64,000 nt of DNA, taken from assembly GCA_964618505.1 (NCBI GenBank), contig CAZUBH010000001.1, positions 31,567-95,566 on the forward strand, in the 5' to 3' direction. Position 1 is the first letter of the stretch; the number at the start of each line of letters is the position of its first letter. Made by a program: the position numbers and the translations under genes. Below, one piece after another: positions 60,862 to 64,000 of this stretch. The notes beneath the pieces are model-generated. The model did not search any database and was not told where the DNA came from. It saw nothing but the letters and a program-made list of their open reading frames with translations. Source of the stretch: an uncultured Thermoplasmatales archaeon (GTDB lineage Archaea; Thermoplasmatota; E2; DHVEG-1).

Positions 60862-62317
60862 AGCTTTTCTCCATATTTTTAGAAAAAAGATAAGATCCAG
60901 GCGATTTTAGCTTCATTTCTTCTGGTTTGACTTTGAAATGGTCTTCTAATATTCTAACAACATGTTGTGTACAAAAACCTCCTTGGCATCGACCCATTCC
61001 TGCTCTACACCTATATTTTACAGAAGATAGTGTTTTTGCTCCAAGAGGATTTGAAAGTGCCTGAATTACTTCCTGTTCAGTTATATGCTCGCATCTACAA
61101 ATGATTCTTCCGTATCTTGGATTTTGCTTTATCAAATCGTCTTGTTTTTTTGCTGTTAATTCCGAAAATCTTTTTTCCTTTTTTACTTTTGATATAAATT
61201 TGGTTTTTTCCTCTAATTTTATTTTTCCGCTAATTATTCTTACAACCTCTTTTGCTATTGCTGGTGCTGCCGTTAGACCTGGCGATTCGATTCCAAGTAA
61301 GTTTATCAACCCGGGTGTGTTTTTACTTTCTTCTATTCTATAATCTGCCCATCCTCCTTGCTTTTTTGAAGCAAGTTTGCATCTTATTCCAGAATATGCA
61401 TTAATTACTGCATTTTTTGGCAATGCAGGCATTATCTTTCGCGCTTCTTTTAGCAAATTTTTCGTGACAAAGTTAGTGGTTCTTGTGTCTTCCAAATCCT
61501 CAATAAATTCAGCGCTTGGTCCCAAAAGAATGTTGCCTTCTATTGTTGGAGTTATATGAATTCCAAGAACTCCTGATTCTTTGTCAGGAATTGGATAGAT
61601 CATTGATGTCAAAAGATTACTATAATTTTTATCTAAAACCAAATATTCTCCCCTACATGGATAAATATTAAAATCTGGCTCTTCCAACATTGATACAATT
61701 TTTCTGCAATTAAGACCTGCAGCATTTATTATAATATCAGATTTGAAAATACCATTTATGGTTTTAATTTCAAAATGATTTTCTTCTTTTTTTATATCTA
61801 TGACTTCTGTTTCAAGAAAAAAATCCACTCCATTTATTGCAGCATTTTCTGCAAGTGCTATTGTAAATTCGTACGGTAAAACTATTCCAGCCGTTGGTAC
61901 CCAAAGTGCTTCGTAACAACTAGCATTGAATTCGTTCTTCTTTATGTCTTTTCTATCAATAATTTTTAGTCCATATACACCGTTTTTAATACCAACTTCT
62001 TTTAATCTTTTTAGTTCTTTTAATTCATTTTCATTTTTTGCAACAACATATTTTCCAACCCATTTGGCTGAAAAACCTAAATCATTAGCTAAGTTTTTTA
62101 TAATCTCGTTCCCTTGGACACAAAATTTTGCTTTTAGCGAGTTTACTTTTGAATTTATACCACTATGTATAACGCCACTGTTTGCTTTGCTAGATCCAGA
62201 TGCTACATCAGATCCTTTTTCAAAAACTGCAACTTTTAGTTTATATTTGGATAACTCCCTAGCAATAGCAGAACCAATAATCCCTCCGCCTATTATTGCA
62301 ATCTGGAAGCTTTTCAT
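60848..62317 (-). CDS. GlpA/LhgO-like FAD dehydrogenase with BFD-like [2Fe-2S] domain
   Basis: GGGIIG, SKANSGVIHSG, GIESPGLTAAPA and ICRCE...RAGMGRCQGGFC. Confidence 0.85.
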   Translation of the reverse strand: MKSFQIAIIGGGIIGSAIARELSKYKLKVAVFEKGSDVASGSSKANSGVIHSGINSKVNSLKAKFCVQGNEIIKNLANDLGFSAKWVGKYVVAKNENELKELKRLKEVGIKNGVYGLKIIDRKDIKKNEFNASCYEALWVPTAGIVLPYEFTIALAENAAINGVDFFLETEVIDIKKEENHFEIKTINGIFKSDIIINAAGLNCRKIVSMLEEPDFNIYPCRGEYLVLDKNYSNLLTSMIYPIPDKESGVLGIHITPTIEGNILLGPSAEFIEDLEDTRTTNFVTKNLLKEARKIMPALPKNAVINAYSGIRCKLASKKQGGWADYRIEESKNTPGLINLLGIESPGLTAAPAIAKEVVRIISGKIKLEEKTKFISKVKKEKRFSELTAKKQDDLIKQNPRYGRIICRCEHITEQEVIQALSNPLGAKTLSSVKYRCRAGMGRCQGGFCTQHVVRILEDHFKVKPEEMKLKSPGSYLFSKNMEKSYEKS

Positions 62318-62410
62318 TGAATTTTGGAAATGAAAACATATTGTATAAATTTAGCTGCAAAAAGCATAATTTTTAGTAATCGTTAATTATGTAGAACCAT
62401 AAGAGTTTAA

Positions 62411-63673
62411 ATGAAAGTAAAAATAAATTACGGAACCTCTATTTTAGATATAGACATTCCTGGGAATTGCGAGATTCTTGGTCCAAAGTCTGTTCAAGAA
62501 AAAAACCAAGAAAAATTAATTGAAAAAGCGCTGGAAAAACCATTTGGCAAAATATCTATAGATTCATTCTTTAAAAACTCTGACAAGATACTTATAATAG
62601 TAAACGATGCAACGCGTCCAACTCCAACTGCACTTTTTATAAAGCATTTATTCGACCGTCTTTCAACTCATCCAAACATTGAATTTATAGTAGCAACTGG
62701 CTCCCATCCAGATCCTACAAAAGAAGATTTAGATTTCATTTTTGGAAAATATTTCGAATACTTCAAAGATAAAATTACAATCCATAATGCAAAAAATAAA
62801 GAAATTATGTATGATTTAGGAGTTTCAAATTTTAAAACTCATTTTTTAGTAAATAAAAAAATAATTGAATCAAAAAATATTCTTGTTTTAGGTAGTGTCG
62901 AACCTCATTATTTTGCAGGGTATACTGGCGGTAGAAAGGCATTTTTACCAGGCGTTTCTGCTTATGAGACAATTGAAATGAATCACAAACTTGCATTAGA
63001 TATTAACTCAAAATCTCTTGCGCTAAGAGGAAATCCGGTTCATGAAGACATGGTGGAGATGGCAAAAAAACTAAAAAATTTAAATATTTTTTCAATCCAA
63101 GGGGTTTTAACGCCAGAAAATAAATTGTATGCAGTTACTGCTGGAGATATTTTTGAATCTTTTTATGAAGCAGTTAAATTTACAGATGAGGTTTATTCCA
63201 TCCCTATACAAAAGAAAGCAAACATTGTTGTTACAGTGGCTAAATGTCCAATGGATAGAGATCTTTATCAATCACAAAAAGCACTAGAACATGGTAAACT
63301 TGCCCTTGAAGATGGCGGAATTATTATTTTAGTTTCAAAATGCTCACAAGGCGTTGGTAACAAGACATTTATGAATCTCCTAGAAAAGGAAAAAGATAAA
63401 AAAAGAATAATTGAGATAGTTGATTTAAAATATATTCTTGGATATCATAAACCTGTTAAACTTGTTCAACTAGCTGAAAAAGCCGATATTTGGGCAGTAA
63501 CAAATCTTGATGATCAAACAATAAAAAACGCTTTAATGACCCCTTATAAAAATGTTCAAAATGCGATTTTAGAAGCTATAAAAATAACAAAAGAAAAAGG
63601 AAAACAACCCGAGATAAAAGTTCTTACAGAGGGCAATCTGACCGTTCCAAATTTTATAAAAAACAACAGTTAA
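62411..63673 (+). CDS. larA: LarA-family nickel-pincer-dependent 2-hydroxyacid racemase
   Basis: VNDATRPTP, ATGSH, HNA, EPHYFAGYTGGRK and DLYQSQK. Confidence 0.88.
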   Translation: MKVKINYGTSILDIDIPGNCEILGPKSVQEKNQEKLIEKALEKPFGKISIDSFFKNSDKILIIVNDATRPTPTALFIKHLFDRLSTHPNIEFIVATGSHPDPTKEDLDFIFGKYFEYFKDKITIHNAKNKEIMYDLGVSNFKTHFLVNKKIIESKNILVLGSVEPHYFAGYTGGRKAFLPGVSAYETIEMNHKLALDINSKSLALRGNPVHEDMVEMAKKLKNLNIFSIQGVLTPENKLYAVTAGDIFESFYEAVKFTDEVYSIPIQKKANIVVTVAKCPMDRDLYQSQKALEHGKLALEDGGIIILVSKCSQGVGNKTFMNLLEKEKDKKRIIEIVDLKYILGYHKPVKLVQLAEKADIWAVTNLDDQTIKNALMTPYKNVQNAILEAIKITKEKGKQPEIKVLTEGNLTVPNFIKNNS

Positions 63674-63724
63674 ATAACAATATTTTATACATAATTCTGC
63701 CTAAATTTAGTTGGGGACGAGGAG

Positions 63725-64000
63725 ATGAAAACTCAAAATTTCACCAAAGACAAAGTGCTTAATATAACAAATGAAAAAGACGTTATTTTCATTAGACTTC
63801 AGTTTATTGACATACTAGGAATTCCAAAAAACATAGTAATTCCTGCTAGTAGACTTGAAGAAGCATTTAATGAAGGAATGCCTTTTGATGGCTCTTCTAT
63901 TGCAGGATATGCAACAATCGAAGAATCTGATAAAATTGCAAAACCCGATCCAAATAGTTTTGTAATTTTACCTGAAGAAATTGAGCAAAGAAAAACTGCA
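63725..64000 (+). CDS. glnA: Glutamine synthetase type I (5' part, truncated by the window edge)
   Basis: Not in the ORF track. FIRLQFIDILGIPKN...FDGSSIAGYATIEESDKIAKPD. Confidence 0.9.
   Translation, partial: MKTQNFTKDKVLNITNEKDVIFIRLQFIDILGIPKNIVIPASRLEEAFNEGMPFDGSSIAGYATIEESDKIAKPDPNSFVILPEEIEQRKTA

Overview
AT-rich archaeal chromosomal window. Ribosomal proteins S17e and S3Ae, prefoldin, NAC, NreA, archaeal RibC/RibL and OapABC, plus a gingipain-like protease and PKD-rich secreted proteins, suggest Thermoplasmatota, probably Marine Benthic Group D/Thermoprofundales (inference). I saw no rRNA, tRNA, CRISPR array or mobile element. Housekeeping genes (uppS, riboflavin operon, mre11/rad50, pyrG, nnr, nfnAB, partial glnA) surround three accessory modules. 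(1) 41.5-64 kb: three glutamate dehydrogenases interleaved with three ~1000-aa PPDK/PEP-synthase-type ATP-grasp + phospho-His proteins. These lack the PEP/pyruvate-binding barrel and instead carry receiver, GAF-like or nucleotidyltransferase domains. With a phosphoesterase and a tandem Lrp regulator, this is a candidate undescribed dikinase-based regulatory system for glutamate metabolism. (2) 24.2-31.1 kb: a cohesin/dockerin surface-complex locus with its own regulator and a five-copy 19-bp promoter motif. (3) 0-6 kb: a TasA/bundling-pilin-like protein, a SipW-like signal peptidase, a CdvA-like PRC-barrel/coiled-coil protein and a PAS-giant coiled-coil protein. At least three genes appear to need non-canonical start codons (ATT, ATA, CTG). 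All family assignments come from reading motifs by eye; no database searches were run.
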